64,000 bases of DNA, from assembly GCF_009914755.1 (NCBI RefSeq), contig NC_060927.1; one strand, 5' to 3'. Below are positions 38,600-53,825 of the stretch, piece after piece (the first letter of the stretch is position 1; the number at the start of each line of letters is the position of its first letter). A program made the position numbers and the translations under genes. Origin of the DNA: the human T2T-CHM13v2.0 reference genome, Homo sapiens. Below the pieces are notes generated by a model. That model was not told the DNA's origin, made no database searches, and was given only the letters and a program-made list of their open reading frames with translations.

Positions 38600-38970
38600 A
38601 CCTAACACGTGTTGGTTGAATTGATGCCTGTCTCCCCCAGTAGACAGTAAGCTCCATGAAATAAGATGCTGTATCTGCTGTTCATTTCTGCAACACCAGA
38701 CTCAGCACAGTGATCAGCATTGTTGAATGAATCTCTATTTGTTGAAACATAATCTTGAAGTAAATCCATTTGCTTCCTTGCCTTAGTTTCTATGGTCCTA
38801 CCAGAGTGCACACACGTACATCAATATGGTCATTGTTCATTTACTTGTCTGCCTTCCCCAGGAGGCTTGCAATGCCTGAAGGCAGGAGAGGGCGTCTGAT
38901 TCATCATTTTATCACTAGCTACTGACTTAGCCCTGGCATGTAGTAGGGGCTTAGCAAATTTTATGGAAGG
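38600..38970 (+). mobile_element. L2 3' end fragments
   Basis: 'tgtctcccccagtagacagtaagctccatgaa...ttgttgaatgaat', plus a second similar block ending 'cctggcatgtagtagg'. Confidence 0.65.
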
Positions 38971-39984
38971 AAGGAAGAAGGAAGGAGAAAAATGTTAGTG
39001 CATGGGCCTGTCCTAATATTTTATTTTAATAACTCATACTGGACAGCAAGATTAAAAGTTGTTCTGACCCTAAAGTAAATTGGTTACCAATAAATTATGA
39101 TAATACTTACAATATTATAGCCTTACTCCTATATAAAAATAAGAAGCAGAAAGAAGAGAATGGTTAAATGAACTAAAATTTCTCAATTTAATCTGCTTTT
39201 AGTTGGTGCCCTTCATCCCTGCATCAGAAGAGATTTTTAAAGGAGGCTCAATTGCTTAAAAGATCCTCAGGTTGAGGAAATGGAAACAAGTGAGGAAAGC
39301 CCTTCTTTCTCAGCTAGGGGATAAAGAAGGAGTACATTCCAAGGGCAGATAGCTGTACACAGAATTGAAGAAACCTGGGCTCCCACCATGCTTTCCACTA
39401 TCACAGTTTCCAAAGCTAACATTGCTTAAAACAGCCCTTTATGATAAATTAGATACAGGCACTGTATCAATGTTAAACTTATAGAAGCTGATAACCATAT
39501 TGCAGTTTTACAAGAGAATACCTTAATTATTAGGAAATACATACGGAAGTATTTAGGGCTAAGGCATCTGATTGTTCAGAAAAAAATATTTGTATGTTAG
39601 AGAGAAAGCATGTGCACATGACAAAGCAAAGGGGCAAAATGTGGTAACTCTTGGTAAAGAGTGTACAGGTGTTTTTTGTTATATTCTTGTAACTTTTCTG
39701 TAAGTTGGAATTACTCGCCAACACTTTTTTTTTTTAAAGGAAAACAACAGCTCTTTAAGAGCATTGAAGGACAGTATTCACATGCTCAACCCTCCTTAGC
39801 GCACTTGCCCTCAATTAAGAGTTCTTTGGTTCGCCTGCAGGGCCCTTCCTCTGGCAGCGCCTGTCTGCCACTCCTCTTCTGGGGGCTCCCATCTTCTTCT
39901 GCCATCAGAATGGCATTATTGGCTCTAACCGCCATTGTCTTCCCTGCTTTTCCCTGCCCTTACTGTCTGCCCCAATTTCAATTA

Positions 39985-40370
39985 CTTATTTTATTATTGA
40001 GATATAATTCACAAAATATAAAATTCACCCTTTTAAGATACACAATTCGGTAGCTTTTAGTACATAAGGTTGCGTAACCATCAATATATCTAAATCCAGG
40101 TGATTTTCTTCACGCCCCAAAAGGAACCCCTATGTACTAGCAATCACCATTCATTTCCTCTATCCCCTGTCTCTGGGCAACCACTTTCTCTCTCTATGAA
40201 TTTGCCTGTTCTGGACGTCTCACATACATCACACAATACGTGACCTTTTGTGTGGGGCTTCTCTCACTTAGCTCATTTTCCAGGTGCATCCATTTTGTAG
40301 CATGAGTCTGTCCTTCATCCTTTCTCATGGCTGCATATACTCCACATTCCATTACATGGGTATCAATTGC
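39985..40370 (-). mobile_element. L1MB-type 3' end
   Basis: 'ttattgagatataattcaca...aaaattcacccttttaag...atgaatttgcctgttctggac'. Confidence 0.75.
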
Positions 40371-40805
40371 TTATTTTTAATTTTATTTTATTTTGGGGGT
40401 AGCTTGTGTAGTTTTGGAAGGGGCTTTAACTTCTCTTAGAAATCAGCCAGGATAGGAAGTTGGGAATACATAGAACCCACAGGAAGTCCTTCCTAAGGGG
40501 AGTCCCTGACTCCTCAGAGGAGAATTGACTCTGTGATCAATGTGGTTGCATTGCTTCTGCTCTGGGCTGGCATAGAACTGGGCACTACAGGGCACAACAT
40601 GCACCTCTCCTCCACACTGCCGAGTGGGGAGATTTCCAGAGGGCTTGTAAGGGTGACCAAGTAGTTGAGACATGGAGCCCTGGAAAACAATAGCATGAGG
40701 AGTACCACACACACTCTCACACTCACACATCCTCACACTCCCACACGTGTATAGGTGTTCACTCAGGCATGCCACCAAGTGTGGGTGACAGAAATTAATC
40801 ACAGA

Positions 40806-41221
<416 letters not shown>

Positions 41222-41372
41222 CTAGCACCCCCTTCCAGCTGAAGGGTTCCAGTGAAGTTACAGGAAGTAGGTAGTCCCTTGGGCATCTGCTCTGCATGGT
41301 GATTCTCATGGGAATGGCCCATTGTTGGAGGCTGGGCAAACTGTCCTGGGTACTTCTCACTCCCTACTAAGG

Positions 41373-41405
41373 GTGTGTGTGAGTGTGTGTGTGTGTGTGT
41401 GTGTG
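41373..41405. repeat. Interrupted (TG)n microsatellite
   Basis: Read directly from the sequence. Confidence 0.9.
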
Positions 41406-43657
41406 CATTCACTCTGGCTTTCTAGTGAAGGCAAAGAGGAGGCAAGCTGTGGGAAAGAGGATTCTCTCTCTTTCTGCAGGGCTAACTGCTGACTGGAGAG
41501 GGGAGAAAATGGAACACGGAGAGACAGAAGAAAGGTAGGAGTGTGTTAACACGTGGAATCCATTAAGGGCTGGAAGGGTGATTTATTTTAGGAAGAACAA
41601 GTTCTCTACCATCAAAGGTCACAAAGGATCAAGTCAGAGAGGACAGGCCTGCTTTTCAAGAGCCCACAACCAAAACAGAAAGGTGAGGGAAAATGAATCA
41701 TTTTGCACTGATTGGGTTGGAACAGCAGAGTGATGCAAGAAATTCTGAGATCAATTTTCCTAGCAATTCTGGTGTCCAATGAATTGGCTTTTCAGCCAGA
41801 TGGTTCACAGGTTCAGAAAAGGCTTGTTGATCCATTATCCCCTCAGGGAGGGGTTCCATAAGTGGACATTCCAGGGCCCAGAATCATAAGTTCTCATGCC
41901 AAGAGTGCTCTGGTGGAAAAATTTCCATCATGCTTTATATTTCCCTACTTTTCTTTAGCAAAGAACACTAAATATAATTCAACCTTGACTTGATGGCTGA
42001 GATTATCAATGCTACAGGACAACTTGACTGAGAAATAAAGTGTGTCCAGCTCTCTTGGCTTTTAATTGTCACCAAATAATAATAACAGCTTTTCCTCCCC
42101 ACCCCAGGAGAGGAGTCAGAGCTTGTGCCCATTGCTTTCGGGGAGAGTTGAGACCTCTGACTTCTAATGAACTCCTGGAAGGACAGTGTGAGAGTCTCTG
42201 GGTAGTGGCCTGACCTTGGGAAGATCAGGACTCATGGTGAGGGGGGCAGGGCAGGGCAGAGGGTGTTGCTTGCTTTGTTGTGGCACTTGAAGGGCTGGCC
42301 CTTTGCCGGGGGTGGGAAGGTGACAGCACAGATACCTTGGGTCAGAGTACTCAGCTCTGTCCTCCCTCAGTTTGGGAGATAGGACAGAGGTTCCAGTGGC
42401 TGAATTGGCCCAGAGGGAAAGGATGCTTTGAATATTCATACTGCCCAGCCTTGTATAAAATGCATGGGCATAGACAGTGAACAGTCAATTGCAACCATGA
42501 AAAATGACAAGCCAGGAACCTTCCCAAATCTCTTGGACTGCATATCCCTGGGGTTCGTTACAGTGGGAAGGTTTGGTGGAATCCTTAAATACAACTGAGA
42601 TTGGATTTCTCCTATTCCTGTTTGGTGGGGACTGACCAGGTGTAATTTGATTTGGAAAATCAAAAACAGGCACACTGAGCATGAATGTGAGCAGGAGGGC
42701 TGGTTACTGGGTTGGGATACCACACGGTGATGCTGGGGAGAGCTGCTGTTACCCTTGCCTTCCCAGCACCTCTCCACTTCTCCCTGCTGCCTCTGCCTTA
42801 TTTACAAACAGCTCCTGTGGGCAAGAGCCTGCTTCTTCTGCAAACTCAAGTTTTTGGGCTTTGAGATAACTCCCTACTCCCCTCTCAGAGTTGTTTTCTG
42901 CCTGCTTTCAGGGTCCCATCTATATTCAGTAGTTCAAATGGTGAAAGTCTGGCCTTCTGATACATGGAGAGTTGCCTAGATTATCCCTTGTTGGTTAAGG
43001 CAATGCTAGGACAGAAGCCACAAACTTGCCAGAGATTTCTCCAAGTTATTAGGGCTGGATAAATCTTGACTCCACTTAACCTACTGATTTTTTTTTTGTT
43101 TAATTTGGATCATTCTTTTCTAAAAAAATGAAATCAGCTGGGATCATCTATAATTGAGATGTTTCATTTTATACTTGCTCTTTTTCAGCAGAATCATAAA
43201 AATTTGAGATATTTTATATAAAAACATCTGATTTCTCTACATCTCCTAAAAAAAATCTGGCATCTTCAGGCTTCGCTCCTCCATGGCAGTGCTTGGCTGG
43301 CACTGGGCAGGGCTGCCACCTTTCCATGTGCCCTTGCTCCCCAGCAGGTGCAGGTGCTGTCCCTCCCTGTGATGTTCCACCTTGCCCTCTTCCCTCTGCC
43401 TGCCAGGCCCATGGCTGTATATGACTCATAGGCCCTGGCCCTGGATCATGGAGAGGTTGAGCTCTTAATCTCTCCTAGGCCTGCCTCTTCCTACTAAACT
43501 GTCAATAATTGCTCATTGCCAGCATGATTAAGGCCATCCTGGTCCTCCTTTCCTGATTTTTCCCAGGTTGTTTCTAATATTTTTTTTTTCATCATGATAC
43601 CAAATAGCCAGCCCCTGGCACAGAATGTGAATGAAAAACACCAGCCCCGGTCAGTAC

Positions 43658-43836
43658 CTTAACATGCCGGTTATCCAGGCTCTTTGTGTACTCGTCAAAC
43701 TCTACTCCAACAGTGAAATCCACATCATAGTTGCGGAATGTGCTAGTGGTTTTTGTCTTGAAGTTATCACCATCTTGATCAATAACCTTCGTCTGAGTGA
43801 GACGTACTGCAATCTTGCGGGTGGCAAAATCAATAT
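43658..43836 (-). CDS. RBP2: RBP2 coding exon 2 ([60 protein letters not shown])
   Basis: Acceptor ccaacag|AT (phase 1 with exon 1), donor AAG|gtactg, 179 nt. FABP/iLBP-family motif TFRNY. Confidence 0.98.
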
Positions 43837-44103
43837 CTGTTGGCAAAGGGAGTTGTGGAGGTTATGATGTGCTCAGCCAGACTCATTCATTTCGTTAACA
43901 AGACCAAACATTCAAGACTAGAGACACAGATTGTGTGTAGGCCACCTGTCTTTGCTTAAGTGGGAAACAAGCATCTTACTCGTGGCCAAGTTGGGCATTT
44001 CAGTCAGTTGCTGGGAAACCTAGGAGTCTCCTGGCACCTCCTCAGGATCCCTGATGGGAGGGAGATGTAGCACACAAGCCTCACCCCTAAGCTGCAGCTC
44101 CCC

Positions 44104-44104
<1 letters not shown>

Positions 44105-44150
<46 letters not shown>
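44105..44150. repeat. (AC)23 microsatellite
   Basis: Read directly from the sequence. Confidence 0.97.
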
Positions 44151-44154
<4 letters not shown>

Positions 44155-44320
44155 CAGCAGCTCTATTCTATCTGACCTGTTGGGCATCCTCCTAAGAGTT
44201 TGCTGAACAAAAAGATCTCATGATTTAAAAGAAAAAAGACTTTGGAAATCACTAGTTTTAATCATGGATAAAGATGAAACTTAGGAAACTTTTGTTAATG
44301 TCCACAGCGGGGAGGGATAG

Positions 44321-44684
<364 letters not shown>

Positions 44685-44718
44685 CCCAAGGTAGTTTTAA
44701 ACGTATTCTGGAAAATAA

Positions 44719-45037
<319 letters not shown>

Positions 45038-45729
45038 TCTTCTGTTGTTTTTAAGGGATAGGTTAATAATTGTTTACATTTTTATTATGAAAATGTTGAA
45101 ACAAACCAAAGGAGTGTTGAATGTCCTAAGCGTTGCATATTACAAGAAGAAGCAAACCCCTAGTTAAGCATAAAATGTGGCTCAACTAGAGCCATGCCAA
45201 AAAGTTGTTGGCCTGTGGAGTAGATCTAGAAAGAGAGGATAGTTCTGAAAATACTTGAATTTCTTTCCTTGCTATGAAATCATCACTCTTGGTCTTTAGT
45301 CAAATATCTGATTCCCATTATGCCTGTAAATTCTCCAAATATCTTTAGATGCCAATTTAAATCTTTAATATTTTTTTTAGAAAATCCACTGAGAAGGTTT
45401 TAAAAAACCTAGAATTGATTCTATTAAAACCCAAAGATAATATTGACCTCAAGAATAAGAACAGTTCAAATTTATCGAGTGCTATTTCTCTGAGAACTGC
45501 AGTACCATCTTTATGATATGTAAGTGATGAAATTTCATGTTGTGCAGTGTCCGGTACAGGACAAACACTATATTGTGGCCATGAAAGACAGAGCAGCAGG
45601 TAGCTCAGGAAGTTCCTGTCAGTTTGGAGATTGACGACTCTGCTGTCTTCCCATGGTGGCCAAGCATCACTTCCCTTACTCTCTCCCCATTTCCTTTCTG
45701 ACCCATTTCCTTCAAAAATCCTTCTTTGG

Positions 45730-46010
<281 letters not shown>

Positions 46011-48749
46011 AAAAATCCTTCTTTGGTCACTATTACTCCCCTTTTCCCCAAAATCAAGGAGAGGCCGAGTTGAACCTCACTTTGGGTCAGCAATCTGAAT
46101 CCACAACAGAATCACAGCTGCATGAGAAAGGGCCCTGGGTACCTTTAGACTCTAACTTGTATAAAGTCAGATTTGAGCCTGACAGAACAATTTTAAGTAA
46201 TATTAGCTAGCCAGAAGGTAAAAAGATTACATACCTGTATCCTAAGTTGAAAAGAGAAGTAAGTTCAAGTTGGCATGAGCTGCTGCACAAATGCCAGTGC
46301 CTTGCTCACCTCTCATTCTCTACTATTTGTTGAGTACCTTCCATGTCTAGGAACCAGTGGGTCCCAAAGCTAGTTTCCTTTCTGGATCACCTGAAACAAT
46401 GAAAAAAATGCAGATTTCTGGGTCCTATCCCAGACCTAGAATCTCTGGGTGGTAGAGCTCAGTGATTTCAGATTTTGAACTTTGTCCATAGGAGGCTGTT
46501 TGGAAAAAGACTTCTATGGTTTAAAAATTTTGAAAGCTACTTACTGTTAAAGTGCCTACTTTTCATGTCAGAGATGATGAAGTAAGACCTAGAGAGGTCA
46601 GTCTACTTGTCTAAATATACATGGCTGATACAGCAATTGTAGTGGCTTGGTAATTGGATAGATGTGTAGAGAGATTGAGTTGGAAGGAAGAAACAGTTGT
46701 TCTGAGCTTGGATGATCAAGATGAGAGCCAGGGAATAAAAGAGGGAACTAGTTTTATGGGGATACATAGTGAACTGAATTTTAGGTAAGGTGAATCTGCG
46801 AGCCATGCTGTGTGGACTCTTGGTAATATTTGGGGTGGCAATTAAGACACGCTTTGTGTCTAGGGATGGTGTCCCTTTGTGTCTAGGGATAGTGTCTAGG
46901 GATGGTGGCTCAGGGTGTAACCTCCCTTGGGAAACCTTCCTCATTTTATTCTTCAAATAAACCCACAAGATAAGTTTTATTTTATCCTCATTTTGCCACG
47001 GCGGAAAAACTGCCTCAGAGAAGTTGTGTCACTTTCCCTGGATTATGTGGTGAGGAGGCAGTCGAGATGGTACTTGAACTTAGGATGATCTGTCTCAAGG
47101 GCCAGTGCTGTGCTCCCCAAGCTCTGGGGTAGCCCAGTTAGACCATCCCCATGTGTGCAATTTCTGTGGCTGCCCAAGATACTAGTAACTTCTGATTCTG
47201 TTAAATTTCCCCTGGAGACACAGGGACTGTGGGATTCAGTTGGATGAGCCCTCCCTGTTTGAGGCAGTTTGTTTTCCAAAGCCCTTGCATACTGTCCCCC
47301 ACCAAATGGCAATTGTTTTCTAGGCCCAGGGCTGTATAATAAGTGAGAGCTGAAGCAATCACACTCCAGCCGGCTACATTATCTGGCAGCTCATTTCGCT
47401 TCACCTCTGTGGCTTATGGAATTGTACGTGAGCACGTCCAAGTCACATAGCCTGTGAGGCATGGGGTGTGGGGAGAGACGAACGGTCTCTCGGCTGCCTT
47501 TGGTTCTGTGAATTCCTCTAGTCTTCTTGGCCAACATTCCTAGAGCCCCCACTTCCCCACTGTATTTGCCATGGGGTACAGCTCCATCGGATGTTTGGTG
47601 GTCAAAAAAATGGGCTCACGAGCAAGTAAGTTTGGGAGATGAGGAATTAAAACCAAGACAAGCTGGTTTCTGCCCTGTAGAATTTCATAGATTCTTTAAT
47701 ATGGGAAAGGTGCTTTGTAGCTCCAAGTTGGAGGGAAGGTAGAGGATGCACCTTTTCAAAGTCTGAGGTGGCCACGGAGCCCCTCTGTGGAGGAATATGC
47801 AGTCTGCCAGGTGTCCCGACACAACTTACTATGGAAAGGGCTTACCAAACCCTTTCTGACACATGTATCTCAGCCACCTTGGCCTTGCAATCATACCTAT
47901 TTAATTTTTCTCTCTTCAAGGTAACTGCTGACCTGTTTAGGTAGGACCAAGTGGTCAAGTATTTCCGACTTAAAAAATGAACCCTTCCTTAAAATTGCTA
48001 CAAGCCACTGAAGAGCATCTTCCTTGTTCTAGTGAGTACAAGCACATGCTTGTGTCGTGCAGAGGAACTGGCAAGAGGCTGGCATGTCACACTCCAGCTG
48101 ATATTTCTCTCCTTCTGCCCCAAGTGTGTCCAGCTTCAGTCTCGTCGCTGGACATTTGGTTCCAGATCTAAAGCAGCAGAGGGCAGTGGCCGTATGTGGA
48201 GCTGTTATTAACTGCATCACCTTGTTGTGAGGATCAAATTTGATGGTGTTTGTGAAGAGCTTTGCCCAGTGGCTGGCAGCCTGTGATCATGGCTCTGTAA
48301 ATGGAGGCTGCCATCATCATAATATCATTATGAAGCCCCTGATCTCACAGGCCAATTTCCTTAGTTCTTTGTGTTTTCCCACATATCCCTTGAACAGTTG
48401 CTCTCTGAATCCCTGTCACTCTTGTCCCAGCTTTCCAAATCTCATAAGGCCGAGCCCCAGATTTGCCTCCTCCTACTCTTTCTTGCCTCCTTCCTTACCT
48501 GCTATCCAGGCCAAACAGTTTTACTGCTCCCCTCTGCCTGCCAACAGTACTTAGCATTTCCCCCTGCATTTTTCATGGAGTTGGTTATTCTTTCCTGCAG
48601 TTTCACCTCTATGAGGACAAGGACAATGACATCTTCTTGCTCTGTGTTCTTCCCCACCACACCATCATAGAACCAGGTCTTGAGCTAGGCAAATAGTAGG
48701 TACTCAAGAAATACTATGGATTAGCTAATGGAGGCAGCAAGGGCCAGGA

Positions 48750-49014
48750 CAGTGATTATTAAAGTGAGGTTCCTGGGCTGGCAGCAGCATTAGCACCTGG
48801 GAACGTGTTAGAAATGCAGGTTCTGTGCCACGGCACTCCAGGCTGGGTGACAGAGCAAGACCCTGTTTCTAAATAAATAAATATAAATAAAAATAAAAGA
48901 AATGCAAAATCTGGGGCCCACCCTAGACCTATAAAGTAGGAGCTCTGTTGGCCAGGCTCTGCTTGTCCTTACAAGTCTTCCAAGTGATCATGTGCATGCT
49001 AAAGCTTAGAACTG
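48750..49014 (+). mobile_element. MER5A interrupted by a tiny Alu 3' fragment
   Basis: 'cagcagcattagcacctgggaacgtgttagaaatgca' on the left, and 'agaaatgcaaaatctggggcccaccctagacct' on the right. Confidence 0.75.
48825..48897 (+). mobile_element. Severely 5'-truncated Alu (~46 bp plus tail)
   Basis: gtgccacggcactccaggctgggtgacagagcaagaccctgtttct followed by an (AAAT)n tail, flanked by duplicated agaaatgca. Confidence 0.85.
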
Positions 49015-50200
49015 TGGTATAAATGAGTAAGGGTAAGGGGCAGATGCAGGTACAATCCTGTCTCTTATTTCCTAGCTAGCTGTGTGACCTTGGAGAAATC
49101 ACTCTTCCTTTGTAGGAAAATGAGGAAAAGAATGCTCACTTCAGAGGACTATTTACAGTGTGGATTCAGTAAAAATAATGGTAAAATGCTTTACATAGTA
49201 CCAAGTAGCTTGTCCATATGCAGTGCACATTGCCGTCCACTCTTGGCCTTATCTGTTTGGGTCAAGTAGGGACCAAGTCAGCATTCAGTCCAGAGTGAAA
49301 GTTTTGGGTCATATTTATGCATCTCCATAGCTGTCTGCACTCCATGTTTTGCAAGGGGCTTGGACTCCACAGGAGAAGTGGGAATGGTGGCTGATACACT
49401 CTCTTACTGTCATAGACTTGGTCTGTCCCATAGGCATTTTATCCAGCCTGGCAACACTTTTCTCTGTGTGGATCAGTTTCCTCGCTCTATAGTCTGGTGA
49501 TGGGTAGAACCAACTTCAGCTCCTTCTCCAGTCCTTTGTGCTAAGGTCTGAGCTGTGCTAAACCATACTTCTGGAACAATAGTTAGGAGATGAGAAAAGA
49601 AAAACCATAGGTCATCTGTTAACCATAACCAGAAGAAACAGGGGAAGGCTCTAGGTAAAACCACTAAGGAATAATTGAAAATCTACAGAGAAATTTAGAA
49701 CTGAAGTGTTCCTCTGAGAGCAAGTCTATTTCCACTCAATGGATGTGGAAACTGAGGCCGTGAGAATTTAAGTGGTGAGCTCAGAGCTACCCAGTTAGGA
49801 TAGCACTCCTGACAATTTCTTTACAAACGCATTCTGTTGTCATTTGCAACTAACACCTCCGCTCCCCAGTAAAAAGTATTGCTTGTCCCTGGTTGCATAG
49901 AAAGGTAGATCACAGTTAAAAATACCTATTGCTGACAGAACTGGTTTGTCCTGGAAACACCATCCCTAGTCAATCTTTCTGACCAGTGCCGGGGGAATCT
50001 TATTAGAAGACTATGCAAATGGAATCAAGCATCACTACTCTTCTGGATTGAAAAATGGCTTGGCCTCTTGGCCACCCTTCAGTGTTTGCACAACCCAGTA
50101 AATCATGTTGCCTCTGCTCTGCCCCAGGGAAGGTAGCCAAATGTTCTGTTGGTGGACTCATGATATTTCTAATCAAAAGGGTTTAACTGAGGATGTAGAA

Positions 50201-50241
50201 CACACACACAAACACACACACACATGCACACACACACACAC
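50201..50241. repeat. Interrupted (CA)n microsatellite
   Basis: Read directly from the sequence. Confidence 0.9.
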
Positions 50242-51211
50242 AGATTATAAAAACACTTCCTCTTCGTACTTTGCAGAGAAAATTATTTTCCTGGTATGGT
50301 ATTTTAACACCAGGGTTATCAAGCATGTTTTATCTCCTTTTCTGGATTAAGGGTATCTCTGAGTCTGATTTATAGCCAGGTGAAATGAATTTCTATCTCA
50401 GAAGGAAAGGTCCAAAGGCAAGCTATTTCTGAATAATATATATGGCTTTTAGCTGCTGCAGAAGGAAAAAAAACAACACGGACCTGACTTTATTAAAACA
50501 TACTTTTCATAACTGCATTTTGAACAACACAAGCCATAAAGGTGAAATATGAGTATGCTACTCAACATTAAAATGCTTTGTAATGTGCTTATGAAAAAAG
50601 CTAAAGTTGCAGGCAAAAAGGGCAGGTGCTCTTTGTAAATTAAAGAGCAGAGAGGCACAAGTATTCATCATATGAAATCTGAGAACCATTCAAAGTGCAG
50701 CTTTGATGGGCTTCAAATTTGGACTCCTTAATTCTCAAATCATTGGCACTCTTAGGCAATTGTGAGAAGCAGAGTGTAAGAACAATTTTCTCCTTTTTTC
50801 CATGCCACTTCCTCCTCCAGAAAACACGTTTAGAAAGGAATTAGATGAGATCCCTGCCTGCCTCCTCCTCTCACTTCCTTCTAGGCACCGGGGGCAGGCT
50901 GGAGACCCTAGGGTGCCTCCCTGCTCCCTATGCACTGTTTCTCCTCCCCATTCTTAGTCTACTGCATGCTTACTGGGATGGACATTAGAGTGGAGCTGAT
51001 GCCAACACATGCAAGGGGAGACTTGTACAAAGGGATGACACCTATCATTACCTAGGCTTTTTCCATCCCTCAGCATTTCCCCTTTGAAAGTCCTACCAGG
51101 TACCATATGGTTCAAGTAGAGACTTTGGCAACGTGTATACCTTCATTGACTTGTGAGCACCATCAGGAATCCAGATTTTATGAAACAAATTCTTAATTGG
51201 AGCATCAGACA

Positions 51212-51215
51212 TCTA

Positions 51216-51279
<64 letters not shown>
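51212..51279. repeat. Compound tetranucleotide STR [TCTA]1[TCTG]5[TCTA]11
   Basis: Units counted directly. Confidence 0.95.
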
Positions 51280-51579
51280 CCTACTCATTTTCACCCAGGG
51301 ACTCTGAGTGATTCTCTTTCAGTGTTTCTGAGGGTCCTGCCTATTTACTTTGGATGCCTCCATTTGGACATACCTTGTTCACAGTGAAGCTCTTTCTTCC
51401 CTACCTCCATGTTTTATACCCCTACCAAGAACAGTGCTGAGGAAAGGGCTGTGGGTGTTAGAAGCAGATAGCCTGGGCTCCTGTCTTAGGCTCCATCATT
51501 TCCTAACCACACGTGGCCATGGATAAGTCTCTCCACTTCTCTGGATTCCTCACCCCATAAAACGGAAGGCATTTCTTCT

Positions 51580-52770
51580 GAATTTATCTCTGACTATATC
51601 CTGAGCTCTATATCCCATATCAAAGTGCCAATTTTAATACTCCATTTGAATGTGTAACATATCTGAAACCAAAATATGCAAACCAGAATTCTTAATGCAT
51701 GCTCCCCCGCCACCCCAGCCTGGTACCTCCCCACCAAAACTCACTCCTCCCGGTGACTTCCCCATTTCAGGCAATGGGATTGTCATCTGCCCAGTTATTC
51801 AGGCCTAAGCCTGGGACCCAAATTCATTTCTATCATTTCCTCTCACTTCATATTCATCTGCAAACCCCGTGAGCTTTATCTGCAAAATATATGCTGAATC
51901 TGTCCTCTTTTCTCCAGCTCCACAGGCACTGCCCTAGCCCAAGCCATGGTCATTTCCTGCCTGGACAACACAGCAGCCTCCTAATGGGTCTCTCATCCTC
52001 TCTGCTTGCAATCTTGCCCTCCTATGATTCATTTTCCATGCTGTGGCCATAGTGATCCTTAAAGAATACAAAGAGGATTAATTTGTCTTCCCAGCATAAG
52101 GCTGGTATCTGCTTTGCCTTCTGCCTACCTTTCTACTCTCACTCCCTGACCACACCCCCAACCCCTCCGGCTCACACACTTTCAACTCCCAACACACCAG
52201 CTTTCTCAAATCCTTGGGCCCAAGTGATTCTCCCCCCTCAGCCTCCTGAGTAGCTGGGACCACAGGAACGTGCTACCAGGCCCAGCTAATTTTTTTATTT
52301 TCTATTTTTTGTAGAGGCAGAAGCCTCACTATGTTGCCTAGGCTCATCATGAACTCCTGGCCTCATGTCACCCTCTTGCCTTGGCCTCCCAAAGTGTTGG
52401 GATTACAGGTGTGAGCCATCACACCTGGCTTCATGTTCTTGAACACACCCAAAACCTTTGCACTTGCTGTCCCCTGTGTCCAGAATAATACTAGTCAGCG
52501 TTCAAACCTGGGTTCCACTGTCACCCCCTCAAACCTTCCCTGACCACCCATCACACGCCACTCCATTATTCTTTTAATTTTCTTCTCAGCACTCACCACT
52601 ACCCAAAATAACCTTAAACTATTTGTTTACTTTCTGTCTCCCCACTAGCATGTAAACTCTATGCTGGCAGGGAACTCGTCTCCTCATTTCCCACTATATC
52701 TCCAATGCCTAGAGCACTTCCTGATTTGTCATAGGTGCTCGATACATTTGTTGAAAACTGAATGCACTAA
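51580..52770 (+). mobile_element. L2 LINE 3' region, interrupted by an AluJ fragment
   Basis: 'cccagttattcaggcctaagcctggga...ccatggtcatttcctgcctggac', and 3' end 'tctgtctccccactagcatgtaaactctatg...gtgctcgatacatttgttgaa'. Confidence 0.75.
52209..52430 (-). mobile_element. Partial AluJ
   Basis: 'caagtgattctcccccctcagcctcctgagtagctgggaccacagg...gtgagccatcacacctggct', with no tail. Confidence 0.85.
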
Positions 52771-53825
52771 AATGAAGAAATGCATATAAAGCTCTAGTGT
52801 GATGTGTATCATGGTATGAGAATAATTTGTGCTTGTGCTCACCCATCATGCTAGACTGCAGGCTCTTAAATGGTCAAGATGAGATTTTGCACAAGACACA
52901 TATTCGGGGAATATTTCCTGGCAGAGACCACTTAGATGGGAGCTGTCTGACTTCAGCCTCTCAGGGCTCTGCCTTCCTAGTGGAGCTTTCAGAGACCCAC
53001 TAGAACTGTTTGTGATAGCCACTGCACTTTTAAGTTTGTGCATGTCAATTTAAGTGAAAAAGATGTTCTTCATAGAAGATAATCCTCACCTTCATTTGTG
53101 AATTAAGAAAATAATGGGTTTTCCCCAAATAGTTACAATTTATGGAATGAAAATTTCCTAAAAGAGGTATAAATTTAACATCTAATTTTTGGACACATGC
53201 TTCCCCATCTTCACTGGTAAAGTTATGTGATAGTTTTTCATGTTCTAGGCTGACTCCTCCCTGACTCTTCCTCCTCTAGTCACCAAATCCAGTCTATTTC
53301 CTGCTCTGGACATCTCCCTGTTCACCCTTTCTGGGTACTGCTCTCAATACCTTCCCAGGGTCATTGTAACAACCTCTTTAGTTCTCTGACAGTCTGCTGG
53401 TCTATTCACTCTATCTCTGTTAGAGTGAGCATTGATAGCATCTCTCTCCTCTGCATACAATTTCTTCCTAGACCCTCTCCTTGCAAGGTGAAGTTCATGT
53501 GCAGCACACTGACTTAAAGATCCTGTTGCTTTTCCAGACTATTCTTTTGCCTCCTCCTTGCACTTCACTCCTTGGTAATACAGTGCCTTCTGGTGTCCCA
53601 GGCCCATGCCTGTGCACACACCCATGGGGCTATGCCTGACTCCATCTCTGCATGGAGAACTCCTGTTCTTCCTTCAAAGCCCCACCAAGAAGTACTCAGG
53701 AAGCCTTTACTGACTCCATGTACTGTAGCTCCTTTCACCACCATGCACACACTTCTTGTTACTATTGTTCTATTGATACCCATAGCCCCTTTGAGCCCAA
53801 GGCATAGAATCTCAACTGGCCCATC

